From NCBI GenBank assembly GCA_002269645.1, contig NIVC01001871.1, forward strand, positions 1 through 64,000: a stretch of DNA of 64,000 bases. The letters run 5' to 3'. This document shows, one piece after another, positions 22,888-64,000 of this stretch. Position 1 is the first letter of the stretch. Every line of letters starts with the position of its first letter. This DNA comes from Macrostomum lignano. Taxonomy: Eukaryota. Made by a program: the position numbers and the translations under genes. Below the pieces are notes generated by a model. That model did not search any database. It was given only the letters and a program-made list of their open reading frames with translations, and had not been told where the DNA came from.

Positions 22888-23984
22888 TCTGCTAGATGAC
22901 TCACTGTTCTCAAGCGGAGTTGTATGAGGGGGTTGGGAAGATTTTCTGCGACCTATAAATGTAGTTAAGCAAATCGAGTTTTAACTCACCGACTATAGAA
23001 GAGTTTCTCGTTATTATATCCTTAAAGTTAGGCGGCAACTGTTCAGTGATCTGTGTTTTCAAACAGACTTCTACTGACGTTATATTATTTAAGCTAGCAG
23101 TTTTCAGCTGAGCCCTGGGATTGGCCAAGAGCTTCGGAGGAGTTTTTGTTCAAGAAATCTAGAATCGATATCGGTATTATTCAACTGCAAGCCTGTGTGC
23201 TGTGCCAGTTATAACTACTGTACAATTGACTCCCATTCTTCTCAGAAACAGGAATTAAACTAAACTAGCTTTAGTTACTGGAAGCCTGTCTACTTGTATT
23301 AAGTTTTGATATGACGGAGTTGAAAACACGTGGGGACTGAGGGGACGCGATCGGATCAAATGGTTTCGAGCAGGTGCACTGGCATGCAGAGGGGACGGGA
23401 GAGAGAATGAGCATTGCACAGAAGAATAGCTTGCCAGCTGGTATTATCTGATAGTTGAGAACTCTATACTGTGACTTACATTTTCCGGCCGTGTAGACAC
23501 TGGCCATTCCTCCTCAATATCCGTGTCCTGTCACTCACCCTCCCCTCTATTGTCTTGCCCCCTCCTCCCTTCTTTCCCCCTTTCCCCTCTTCCTCCCCTT
23601 CCCCCCTCTCTTCCTCCCCTTTCCCCCCTCTTCTGCTTTGGTTTGCATGGGTGCTTGCGCCTGTGCAAACCGGCTTTAGTGATCAGCCCGCCCCCTTTGC
23701 TGTCTCTGTGCATCTGTGTGGGCCAGCCCCCACCCCCCTCCGCCTGCTAGCCTTTTTAGGTGAGCCTCTCACCGCGTTTTCTGACTCAATTTGCGCGCAG
23801 CTCTCCGCTTGAGTTTTTTTTTTTAATTCAATTTCTGCTTTTATCTCAATTTTTTGCTTGTAACTCGTTATACTCGTAAAATACATAGCTTGGAGGTCGC
23901 TTTTTCGCTGTGCGCCTCCCGCGCGTTGCTCGCCTTGCTCGCCAATTGTCTCAATGTGTCTCTTCGTGTCTGGCTGGTCACTAA

Positions 23985-24245
23985 TTCCCCCTTTCCCTTC
24001 TCTTCTTCCCCTTCCCCCTCACTTCCTCCTCCTTCCCCCTCACTTCCTCCCCTTCCCCCTCACTTCCTCCCCTTCCCCCTCACTTCCTCCCCTTTTCCCC
24101 TCTCTTCCTGCCTTTCCCCTCTTCCACTGCTCCCCTTACCTCTGCCCCCTCTCCCTTTATCTCTCTACTCTCTCCGCCACTCCCCTCCTGCTCTCTCCTC
24201 TTCTCCGCCTCTTCTCTCCTTCTCCCCCACCCTCTCCCCCTCTCC
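23985..24245. repeat. CT-rich low-complexity tract (also 23540-23640)
   Basis: Polypyrimidine sequence. Confidence 0.85.
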
Positions 24246-24829
24246 TGTAGACAGCTGTGTGGACATCTAGCCTCTAGTTGTATCACTCCCCTATAGCTGC
24301 TGCTTGCTTAAACTGTAGCTAAATTACCATCTTTATAATGCTCCTATAGTTCTTTCGGCATCATTAAAGTTGTGCTTACAAATGATGGATAGAAATCAAT
24401 ATAGTAAGTCGTTTTTTTAAAACTTCTTGGCGCTGAACCCATTGTTGCCATGCAAGCAAATGTATTTATCTCCTACTCGAAAAGCATCAAACAGAAAAAA
24501 ATTGCTTTAATGCACCCTGTGAGCAATGCCAGTCTACTGAATTGGTTGTTAAATACTTGCAGCAAGTTAGATTTACAGAAATAATCTGGGGCTGGCCTAT
24601 GAAAATTTAATAAATCAATTACGAGCGTAGCATTTACCCCATAGCTATTGCCAAACACAGTTCTATTCAAGTTCAGTTGGGACAAAAATTCAAGTAGAAC
24701 GGCGTAATCTGCATGACTATGAAGTATAAAAACGTGAGAGAACGATTTTTATACAGGACCTATAGTGTCTGGGGGTGGGCGGGTGGGTGTGAATTATTTA
24801 CTCTGCCTGTGAATGCCTGATTGTGATAA

Positions 24830-26005
<1,176 letters not shown>

Positions 26006-26169
26006 GATAGATAGAATACAAAAACTGGAATGGGGTGTCAAAGTGAAAATTAAAAGCGACACATACGCTGCAGTTACTGGTAGTAGTGCGGACAGCAAAC
26101 GAAATACAAACTAAATAAACTAAGTAAAACGTAAGCGACAATATTTACATATCAAAGTGTTTTAGTAGT

Positions 26170-26900
26170 TATTTCTGAGCTGCATTAAATATGTGTCCTA
26201 GGGGTTACTTCTGTCTCTAATAATAATTTCACACTGTCACCAAAAGCTGTCACAGGGCTAATTTACTAATCTCTTAAATGTTCTTCTTAGGTTGGTAGCT
26301 GCCACCAAGATTATTCGATTAATAAATTATGAGTTTATCAATATTAGAATAATCTGAGAAATGTTTCTTAGAATAGGTCTGAGTATAAGTCTTTAAGTAT
26401 CAGTCTAAGTATAAGTCTAAGAATAAGTCTAGGTATATGTCTAAGGATTAGTCTAAGTATCTACTTCTATTGGTAGCGTTCTTAGTATATGTATTGGTAG
26501 CGTTCTTAGTATATGCCGAGTGGTCTACTATTGGCCTGGAATGTATTTCTCAGAATGATCTTCCTTGTAATTCTTTTGTAGTTATTTAAGTGTCTGATCG
26601 TCTAGTCCAGTCGTTTAGGCGTTCCCGAGATTAGAGGGTCACGGCCTTCTCAATACTGTATATGTATTCCCGAGATCTACTTTGTTTTACTTCAATCTCC
26701 TTGGTATTCTGAGTATCAGTAGTATCTGTGATATGATTAACTTCCACTTCACTCTTTGAATCGAAAAATTTACTAAGTCTTGAAAAGATTTCTAAGTAAC
26801 AGTTTAAGGCTCAACAAGTAGCGAGACTTGAGACTAATTTAGGAACAAGCAATCAGCCAGTTGGTGGCTCTCTGGCCAGATCCCGTCTATTTATACTATT
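26170..26900 (-). mobile_element. Degenerate relative of the 5' part of the LINE relic at ~11.9-12.35 kb
   Basis: Shared blocks GGTAGYGTTCTTAGTATATG, GATTAGAGGGTCAC and TATTTATACTATT in the same order at both loci. Confidence 0.55.
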
Positions 26901-27420
26901 TTGAGACTTGATCAATATTAATTTCGATATATGCAGTATTAAAACAAATAGGGCTAAAATTAGTTTTCGGTTTAAAAATACATACAATTTTTACATGAAT
27001 ATTATTATTAAACGTTAGAAGATTAAAACAAATAATATGTGAATACTATTCTTGAGTGATAAAACTCGAAATTATTATTGACAAATTTATTTACAAAAAC
27101 TATTATTATTACTATTAGTAGCATTAAGCGCTTGCACATATGCAAAAACTGCAATGATTGGGTTTAATCGCGTGAACTTACGAACTTTCAAAATAGTTCA
27201 TTATCTTTGATGATTGGTTTAGACTGGGGCACAACTGTTTATAAGAATACTAAGTACAGATGATTGCAAGAATATAATCATCAAGTTATTCTAAAATCAA
27301 ATCTGATATTCATAACACTTTGGCGACCTGACAAAAACTAAATTGAGAGTAAGGACGATTTTTTGATAGAATAGCGACTTGATGATGAGCAGAGGCTGCT
27401 GAAATTAACGCTCACAAAGG

Positions 27421-55859
<28,439 letters not shown>

Positions 55860-56064
55860 GGCCGGCTTGTTGACAGCTATAGAAGCTCAAATTGCAAATC
55901 AATGCAGATCTCCCGTCTCAGCTGAGCGACCTCACGGAGCAGCTGAAATTAACGGTAAATCAGTCAGGCGTGCCAATTAATTAATCTGACCCAGTCAGCA
56001 CAGGTGAATTGTGTGTCGTTGGTCAAGCTTATAGTAAAGGATTACTGACATCTCGTGAGGAATT

Positions 56065-56970
56065 TTTGGGGCAGGACACTTCGACTGAGGGGTAGGACAC
56101 TGTGGTTGAGGGGTAGGACACTTCGACTGAGGGGTTGGACACTGTGGTTGAGGGGTAGGACACTTCGACTGAGGGATAGGACACTTCGACTGAGGGGTAG
56201 GACACTTCGACTGAGGGGTAGGACACTTCGACTGAGGGGTAGGACACTTCGACTGAGGGGTAGGACACTTCGACTGAGGGGTAGGACACTTCGACTGAGG
56301 GGTAGGACACTTCGACTGAGGGATAGGACACTTCGACTGAGGGATAGGACACTTCGACTGAGGGGTAGGACACTGTGGTTGAGGGGTAGGACACTTCGAC
56401 TGAGGGGTTGGACACTGTGGTTGAGGGGTAGGACACTTCGACTGAGGGGTAGGACACTTCGACTGAGGGGTAGGACACTTCGACTGAGGGATAGGACACT
56501 TCGGTTGAGGGGTAGGACACTTCGACTGAGGGGTAGGACACTTCGACTGAGGGGCAGGACACTGCGGTTGAGGGGTAGGACACTTCGACTGAGGGGTAGG
56601 ACACTTCGACTGAGGGGTAGGACACTTCGACTGAGGGGTAGGACACTTCGACTGAGGGGTAGGACACTTCGACTGAGGGATAGGACACTTCGGTTGAGGG
56701 GTAGGACACTTCGACTGAGGGGTAGGACACTTCGACTGAGGGGCAGGACACTGCGGTTGAGGGGTAGGACACTTCGACTGAGGGGTAGGACACTTCGACT
56801 GAGGGGTAGGACACTTCGACTGAGGGGTAGGACACTTCGACTGAGGGATAGGACACTTCGACTGAGGGATAGGACACTTCGACTGAGGGGTAGGACACAT
56901 CGACTGAGGGGTAGGACACTTCGGTTGAGGGGTAGGACACTTCGACTGAGGGGTAGGACACTTCGACTAG
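56065..56970. repeat. 21-bp minisatellite (GGACACTTCGACTGAGGGGTA)
   Basis: Direct. Confidence 0.96.
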
Positions 56971-57276
56971 GGTTTAGGACCAAGTTCAGAATTAACTAAC
57001 TGATATACATCAAGAGACTCTGCGCTATGTGAAATGCACTCAGACTTTCTCTCTGAACTTTTGCGAAAATTATGTATGGAACTATTTGACCAAAAATTTT
57101 CTTCTTTAGTGGCGGGGGGTACTCGTAAAACTTGGCAGATTCGCATTCCAACTGAGCGGGCTGGGGTGAAGGTCGTTTAACAGTTAGTGGTTTTTTTGAG
57201 GTTTTGGGCCCGACCTCGTCAGGCTGCTTACTTGTACTGCGCACTAGGAGTTGGAAATTCGCGCTGGGCTGCTTAA

Positions 57277-58136
57277 CCATTTGGAAGCCAAAGGCCTGCA
57301 CTGCAGGCCATACCGAAACGGCCCAGAAACCCAGAGATTGAAAAATGTCTATGGCATCAAAAACCATCTCCCAATCACTAAAGCAAGTGCTCAGTATGGC
57401 ATGCTGTGCAGGCCATGACTGATTTAAAGACGTCCATTATGCATTTCCATTGTATTTTCACTCAAATGGGAAATGTTAAAGGGGAAATAAAGCGTGGATG
57501 AATTAGCATGGATCTGGACAGAGACCAGGATTTCCGGGACATTGGCTGCAGCAAAATACTGTCTTCTTAGCTGGAACGTCAGGTTTCAAATTCGGAATCG
57601 TTTGCTTGGGCGAGTCTGGGCTTCCGTTGCTGAGAGTCGTCCGTGTATATGTGGCATCCTTCGCCCAGCACTTCGCGACTAAGCTCAGCAACAACTCTCG
57701 CTCTCTTCCTCGCCATTTTCTGCACTCTCCTGCTGGAACTCCCTGACTGCCAACCACATTCGCTCATTGGTCCATGTGACAAGACTGTGGTGAGAAACTC
57801 TTCAGTCAGGATCAATTTCTGGATCCATGCCTTCCGACTCCGTTTCTGACTCAAAAACCGTCGAGTCATTGCTTGATAAAGCGTCTTCCGAATCGGAATC
57901 GAGTCCCAGTCTACGCAAGGCGTCACTTTTAGCTGTCCTATTCGGCCGCGTAAAAGCCATTTGTGGGTAGGAAGGTTTGAACAGGAGCTAGCTGAAAAAC
58001 TATGTGATATACTTTACTTCTGGGCTTCTAGGGTGTGCACTCGATTCAGCAAAAAAGACAAATTTGTCTATGGACTGCTCTGCAGGCCTTTGGGCTTTTA
58101 AGCCATCTTACAGAACCAAGCTTGGGCGCGAAGTGG
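57277..58136 (-). mobile_element. Internally deleted piggyBac-family element (860 bp)
   Basis: TTAA at 57273-57276 and 58137-58140. Termini CCATTTG / (rc) CCACTTC; internal inverted repeat AAGCC(C)AAAGGCCTGCA...CCATA at both ends. Minus strand keeps an acidic N-terminal peptide (MAFTRPN...LGLDSDSEDALSSNDS) and a Cys-rich C-terminal motif KKTVFCCSQCPGNPGLCPDPC; no DDD core. Confidence 0.78.
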
Positions 58137-58244
58137 TTAAGGACGACCTCTTCTGGTCACAGCTTTGAAGCTAATTTAGCACAGATGGGCACTGGGCTGA
58201 TTTTGTAAACAGTGAGTTGTTTTAGCTAAATAGCGATCTTGGAC

Positions 58245-59192
58245 CTAGATTAGCAATCCATTCTATTCCTGCATCCTTGATGTAGGCTAGATTAGCAATC
58301 CATTCTATTCCTGCATCTCGTGGTGTAGGCTAGATTAGCAATCCATTCTATTCCTTCATCCATGATGTAGGCTAGATTAGCAATCCATTCTATTCCTGCA
58401 TCCATGATGTAGGCTAGATTAGCAATCCATTCTATTCCTGCATCCTTGATGTAGGCTAGATTAGCAATCCATTCTATTCCTGCATCCATGATGTAGGCTA
58501 GATTAGCAATCCATTCTATTCCTTCATCCATGATGTAGGCTAGATTAGCAATCCATTCTGTTCCTGCATCCATGATGTAGGCTAGATTAGCAATCCATTC
58601 TATTCCTGCATCCATGATGTAGGCTAGATTAGCAATCCATTCTGTTCCTGCATCCATGATGTAGGCTAGATTAGCAATCCATTCTATTCCTGCATCCATG
58701 ATGTAGGCTAGATTAGCAATCCATTGTATTCCTGCATCCATGATGTAGGCTAGATTAGCAATCCATTCTATTCCTGCATCCATGATGTAGGCTAGATTAG
58801 CAATCCATTCTGTTCCTGCATCCATGATGTAGGCTAGATTAGCAATCCATTCTATTCCTGCATCCATTATCTAGGCTAGATTAGCAATCCATTGTATTCC
58901 TGCATCCATGATGTAGGCTAGATTAGCAATCCATTCTATTCCTGCATCCATGATGTAGGCTAGATTAGCAATCCATTCTGTTCCTGCATCCATGATGTAG
59001 GCTAGATTAGCAATCCATTCTATTCCTGCATCCATTATCTAGGCTAGATTAGCAATCCATTGTATTCCTGCATCCGTAATGTAGGCTAGATTAGCAATCC
59101 ATTCTATTCCTGCATCCATGATGTAGGCTAGATTAGCAATCCATTCTATTCCTGCATCCATGATGTAGGCTAGATTAGCAATCCATTCTATT
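58245..59192 (-). repeat. 42-bp minisatellite, inverted copy of the 27549-29595 array
   Basis: Unit is the exact reverse complement, with the same variants. Confidence 0.97.
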
Positions 59193-59223
59193 CCTTATAG
59201 AACCAGTCGGCCTCCTTACTCAC

Positions 59224-59460
59224 CAGTTGCCGGCATCGCAGATATACAGTGTACAGTCGGATATGTTTAGAATTGCTGCAGAAGAGGAGGCAATAGCGCG
59301 CTTGGCCCAGATGAAAAAAATGGTTATGGTCAGTCGGCCAGTCTGGCACCACTCGCCCACACCCTTGCGCTCTTCGCTCTCTTGGATTCCAGCTTGGCTT
59401 TTTACAAGAATCGACCTCAATAAGCGACCCAAGCTTTATTGGTCGGCTGGCCGCCACCAG
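59224..59460 (-). other. Candidate upstream (5' UTR or short coding) exon of PDE8
   Basis: Strong donor CTG|GTGAGT at 59224/59223 in a GC-richer island; 5' boundary unknown. Confidence 0.4.
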
Positions 59461-59789
59461 TCAAATGGGAGCAGAGCAGAGCACAGCAGAGCAGAGCAGA
59501 GAAGAGATAGAAAGCAGAGATTTCTAGCTAGCTTGACTATGAAATGTTTTTCGCTTCGCCACTCAACCTGGGATTCGTCCACGCTCGATTTCCACTATGT
59601 CGATGCCTTTCTGCCGCTCAAGGATTTCTAGATTAGAAATATCTAGATTAGAAACCAGAAAATGGGGTGAACCAAATATTTCCAGATTTATTTTACGCAC
59701 GTAGTTAAGCAAGTTAAGCAAAGTGGTAGCGGTTAGTTTCGTAGGGATAATTTTGGGGTCAATGTAAGGATCCATATGGGATTTCTGCT

Positions 59790-60692
59790 CCACAACCATA
59801 GACACAATCTGCCATTGTTTGACTCCACAACCATAGACACAATCTGCCATTGTTTGACTCCACAACCATAGACACAATCTGTCATTGCTTGACTCCACAA
59901 CCATAGACACAATCTGCCATTGTTTGACTCCACAACCATAGACACAATCTGCCATTGTTTGACTCCACAACCATAGACACAATCTGTCATTGCTTGACTC
60001 CACAACCATAGACACAATCTGCCATTGTTTGACTCCACAACCATAGACACAATCTGTCATTGCTTGACTCCACAACCATAGACACAATCTGCCATTGTTT
60101 GACTCCACAACCATAGACACAATCTGCCATTGTTTGACTCCACAACCATAGACACAATCTGCCATTGCTTGACTCCACAACCATAGACACAATCTGCCAT
60201 TGTTTGACTCCACAACCATAGACACAATCTGCCATTGTTTGACTCCACAACCATAGACACAATCTGCCATTGCTTGACTCCACAACCATAGACACAATCT
60301 GCCATTGTTTGACTCCACAACCATAGACACAATCTGCCATTGTTTGACTCCACAACCATAGACACAATCTGCCATTGCTTGACTCCACAACCATAGACAC
60401 AATCTGCCATTGCTTGACTCCACAACCATAGACACAATCTGCCATTGTTTGACTCCACAACCATAGACACAATCTGCCATTGCTTGACTCCACAACCATA
60501 GACACAATCTGCCATTGTTTGACTCCACAACCATAGACACAATCTGCCATTGTTTGACTCCACAACCATAGACACAATCTGCCATTGCTTGACTCCACAA
60601 CCATAGACACAATCTGCCATTGTTTGACTCCACAACCATAGACACAATCTGCCATTGTTTGACTCCACAACCATAGACACAATCTGCCATTG
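59790..60692. repeat. 35-bp minisatellite (GACTCCACAACCATAGACACAATCTGCCATTGYTT)
   Basis: Direct. Confidence 0.96.
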
Positions 60693-61044
60693 AGTATTAC
60701 CACGAAAAACACCGAGTATCCCGAGTACTTCTCTCAACAAGAGGCCACAGCAGCAGAAGCACAGTCGCTCTCTATCTCGCTCTAGGGATTCGAATTTCTC
60801 CTTTGCTCCTTCTCAGACAGCCGATGGAGATTTTGCGCGGTTTAATCAGACAGATTCGGGTCTGTTTTCTCTAGCTCTCGCTCGCCTCTTTGGTTGATCA
60901 AATTCTATAGTAAGTTCTGGAGAAGGGAAACTTTTTGTATATCCTTAGTCTAATAAACCATAATTAAGTCACTGTGTGGTGCACTTCTGATTTGCTGCTA
61001 ATGAATGCGAATATTTCCCTATCTGTTTTAATCAGCGACTGGTT

Positions 61045-61215
61045 CCGATTGCATGAACTATTGCAAGGGAATTGTGCTGATTGCATGAACTATTGCAAGA
61101 GAATTGTGCTGATTGGATGAACTATTGCAAGGGAACTGTGCTGATTGCATGAACTATTGCAAGGGAATTGTGCTGATTGCATGAACTATTGCAAGGGAAT
61201 TGTGCTGATTGCATA
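61045..61215. repeat. 32-bp tandem repeat, ~5 copies
   Basis: TTGCATGAACTATTGCAAGGGAATTGTGCTGA. Confidence 0.9.
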
Positions 61216-61569
61216 AAAGTCCGAGGCGGATTGCTTTTAAATTGCTTTGCAGATTCGCGCATTTCGAAATATAATAAAACTACATCTATTCTTTTATCCA
61301 TCCTCATTTAGAGACGCTTTGCCCTTCCTGTCCAAAAATTAAGCGGATTTACAGAATCTGTTACGCACTAGCGTAATGATCCAAAATTCTGAGCCTTGTC
61401 GAGCCCTCGAAATGAAATCCCACCTGATCCGGGATATTTTATTGAGAAATAGGTTTAATTAAGAAAGCTTCGTACCAGCGAATCCAAAATAGAAACTTTA
61501 TTATTCAATATGTGATAACAGAGTACCTGAATACTATTGCCATCGATCATTTTCACCTTTACTGCATTT

Positions 61570-61936
<367 letters not shown>

Positions 61937-62649
61937 CTCAGTCCGCTGACCTCTCGGCACGCACACGAATACTCGGATTAGAACGCAGGCACCCGCTCAC
62001 CCAAACAAGGTGTACAGCGGCCCTGAATGACTCATTGTACACTCTTTGCATGTATATGTACAGCATGTACACTCTTTGTGCCTTGGGGCTTGGCCCTCAT
62101 GACACGACACACTTGGAATCGAGCCTGGGCCGCTGGCACATCAGAGCCATCCTGGACTGTTATCCTTCAGAGGCAATAGTTGAACATCTCGACAGTGGTC
62201 TTAGCCTTGACTGCCCTGCCTCAAATATGAATTTAGTACACCCGATTGCATGGCTAGTAGCCATTCCTACTGCCATCTAATCAGGCGTCTGCCACCGAAG
62301 TGAAAAATTTGATTATTAAAAGTCTCTTTTAGAATAAAAAATCAACGGCTGTGCACTCACAAAGGCACTGGAGCCTCCTTCAGTTCCAATCAACTTTCGA
62401 TAATAAATTAGCAAAGCAATGCTTCACTGCTTCTACATGTAACTTTCTAATGCCAAATAGTACAAGGTTCCCTTCTAACGCTTGGCTTTTAAGCCTAGTG
62501 GCATAGTAGAACTTGTAATGAGTGCAGAGTGTGCAGAATATTTGTTTCGTATTTATCAATGATTTTGGAATTCACGATTTTGAAAAACACTCAATCGCAA
62601 CTGCTTGGCAAAGGCTTGCGCCGATCCTTCAGAGCTTCATATGCTTTGG

Positions 62650-63320
62650 TGAGCCTCACTTACCCTTCCCGATGCTTCAGTGAGCCTCACTAACCCTTCC
62701 CGATGCTTCAGTGAGCCTCACTTACCCTTCCCGATGCTTCAGTGAGCCTCACTAACCCTTCCCGATGCTTCAGTGAGCCTCACTTACCCTTCCCGATGCT
62801 TCAGTGAGCCTCACTAACCCTTCCCGATGCTTCAGTGAGCCTCACTAACACTTCCCGATGCTTCAGTGAGCCTCACTAACACTTCCTGATGCTTCAGTAA
62901 GCCTCACTAACACTTCCCGGTGCTTCAGTGAGCCTCACTAACACTTCCCGATGCTTCAGTGAGCCTTACTAACACTTCCCGATGCTTCAGTGAGCCTCAC
63001 TAACACTTCCCGATGCTTCAGTGAGCCTCACTAACACTTCCCGATGCTTCAGTGAGCCTCACTAACACTCCCCGATGCTTCAGTGAGCCTCACTAACCCT
63101 TCCCGATGCTTCAGTGAGCCTCACTAACACTTCCCGATGCTTCAGTGAGCCTCACTAACACTTCCTGATGCTTCAGTAAGCCTCACTAACACTTCCCGGT
63201 GCTTCAGTGAGCCTCACTAACACTTCCCGATGCTTCAGTGAGCCTTACTAACACTTCCCGATGCTTCAGTGAGCCTTACTAACACTTCCCGATGCTTCAG
63301 TGAGCCTCACTTACCCTTCC
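62650..63320. repeat. 31-bp minisatellite (CTTCCCGATGCTTCAGTGAGCCTCACTAACA) with an internal AGTGAG/CTCACT hairpin
   Basis: Direct. Confidence 0.95.
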
Positions 63321-63895
63321 CCCATCCTTGTGAGTGGCACACTAGCCATAATGATATTCTAATGCAGCTTCAACTGAACCATACCCAATTAAAGAACGCT
63401 ATGTTAAAGCATCAGTGAGATAGAAGTACAGCATTGACAATTCAAAAGATTAGGGTTGGAAAGAAATAGATAAACTAAAAAATGTTTTTCTTACTTTTTT
63501 ATTACTCAGTTTCTTGTGAAAATGCCTGGGCTATAAAGCCCAAAAAAGTCAGAACAAGGTAGAAGTTGAAAACAGCAACGAAAAAACTGGAAGCATACTC
63601 GTAACAGAAGCTCAAAACATTACATACGACTTTTTGCCTTTTCAAAAAGATGGTAAATTCTTATTCTTAATAATCAACATTCGAAGTATTAAAGCTACAA
63701 AAACAGTGGCAAAAATTAGCAGAATGCAACAAATCACCTAGCTAATAATGCAATCTTACCAAAGCGAAATATCGCACAGTTTACTAAAATTCACATCGAA
63801 CCAAGAAATTATAATAGAAAACAAAGAAACAAAGTAATTGAGTTTCCAATATAGCACCTTGGATTCGCCTGAGCCCCGTGTACATGTAGGCCTCT

Positions 63896-64000
63896 TCAAC
63901 CAGACCACTTCAAGTCGAACACTACCGACTGCTCATGGAAGGTGAACTTGCGGCGACCACTGCGGCTAACGCGGCTACTTATAGATCGGCGAGTCACCAC
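63896..64000 (-). CDS. Probable 3' end of the terminal exon of an unidentified gene entering from the right
   Basis: GC-rich open frame VVTRRSISSRVSRSGRRKFTFHEQSVVFDLKWSG* ending TGA at 63898-63896; an AATAAA lies downstream on the minus strand near 63500. No family recognised. Confidence 0.45.
   Translation of the reverse strand: MVTRRSISSRVSRSGRRKFTFHEQSVVFDLKWSG

Noticed and set aside
59563-60740. CVYGCGVKQWQ repeat ORFs
   Set aside because: 35-bp minisatellite cycling through frames.
63660-63760. LINE endonuclease start (IINIRSIK)
   Set aside because: A single short motif followed by a stop, with no further endonuclease or RT motifs.

Overview
Eukaryotic (animal) genomic DNA: GC-rich exons with GT-AG introns, and almost every long intron filled by its own minisatellite array. 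This style resembles the flatworm Macrostomum, which is an inference. Hand-assembled genes: (1) INTS10 on the minus strand, running off the left edge, with an apparent frameshift. (2) An activin/TGF-beta type II receptor kinase (ACVR2/punt-like; plus strand, 4 exons, about 571 aa). (3) An intronless 74-aa hydrophobic microprotein. (4) A PDE8-type cAMP phosphodiesterase (REC-PAS-catalytic) on the minus strand over about 27.4-55.9 kb, with several candidate alternative first exons. (5) Probably the last exon of another gene at the right edge. Mobile DNA includes a full-length CORE-type tRNA SINE with a 17-bp TSD, nested hAT-like MITEs, two inverted copies of another MITE, a decayed RTE-like LINE and an internally deleted piggyBac. 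The most striking item is a 28S rRNA fragment inside the inner MITE, altered precisely at the R2/I-PpoI target site. Several PDE8 intronic minisatellites form inverted, mutually complementary pairs. Nearly all long ORFs in the supplied track are artefacts of tandem repeats. All homology calls come from recalled family motifs; no database searches were run.
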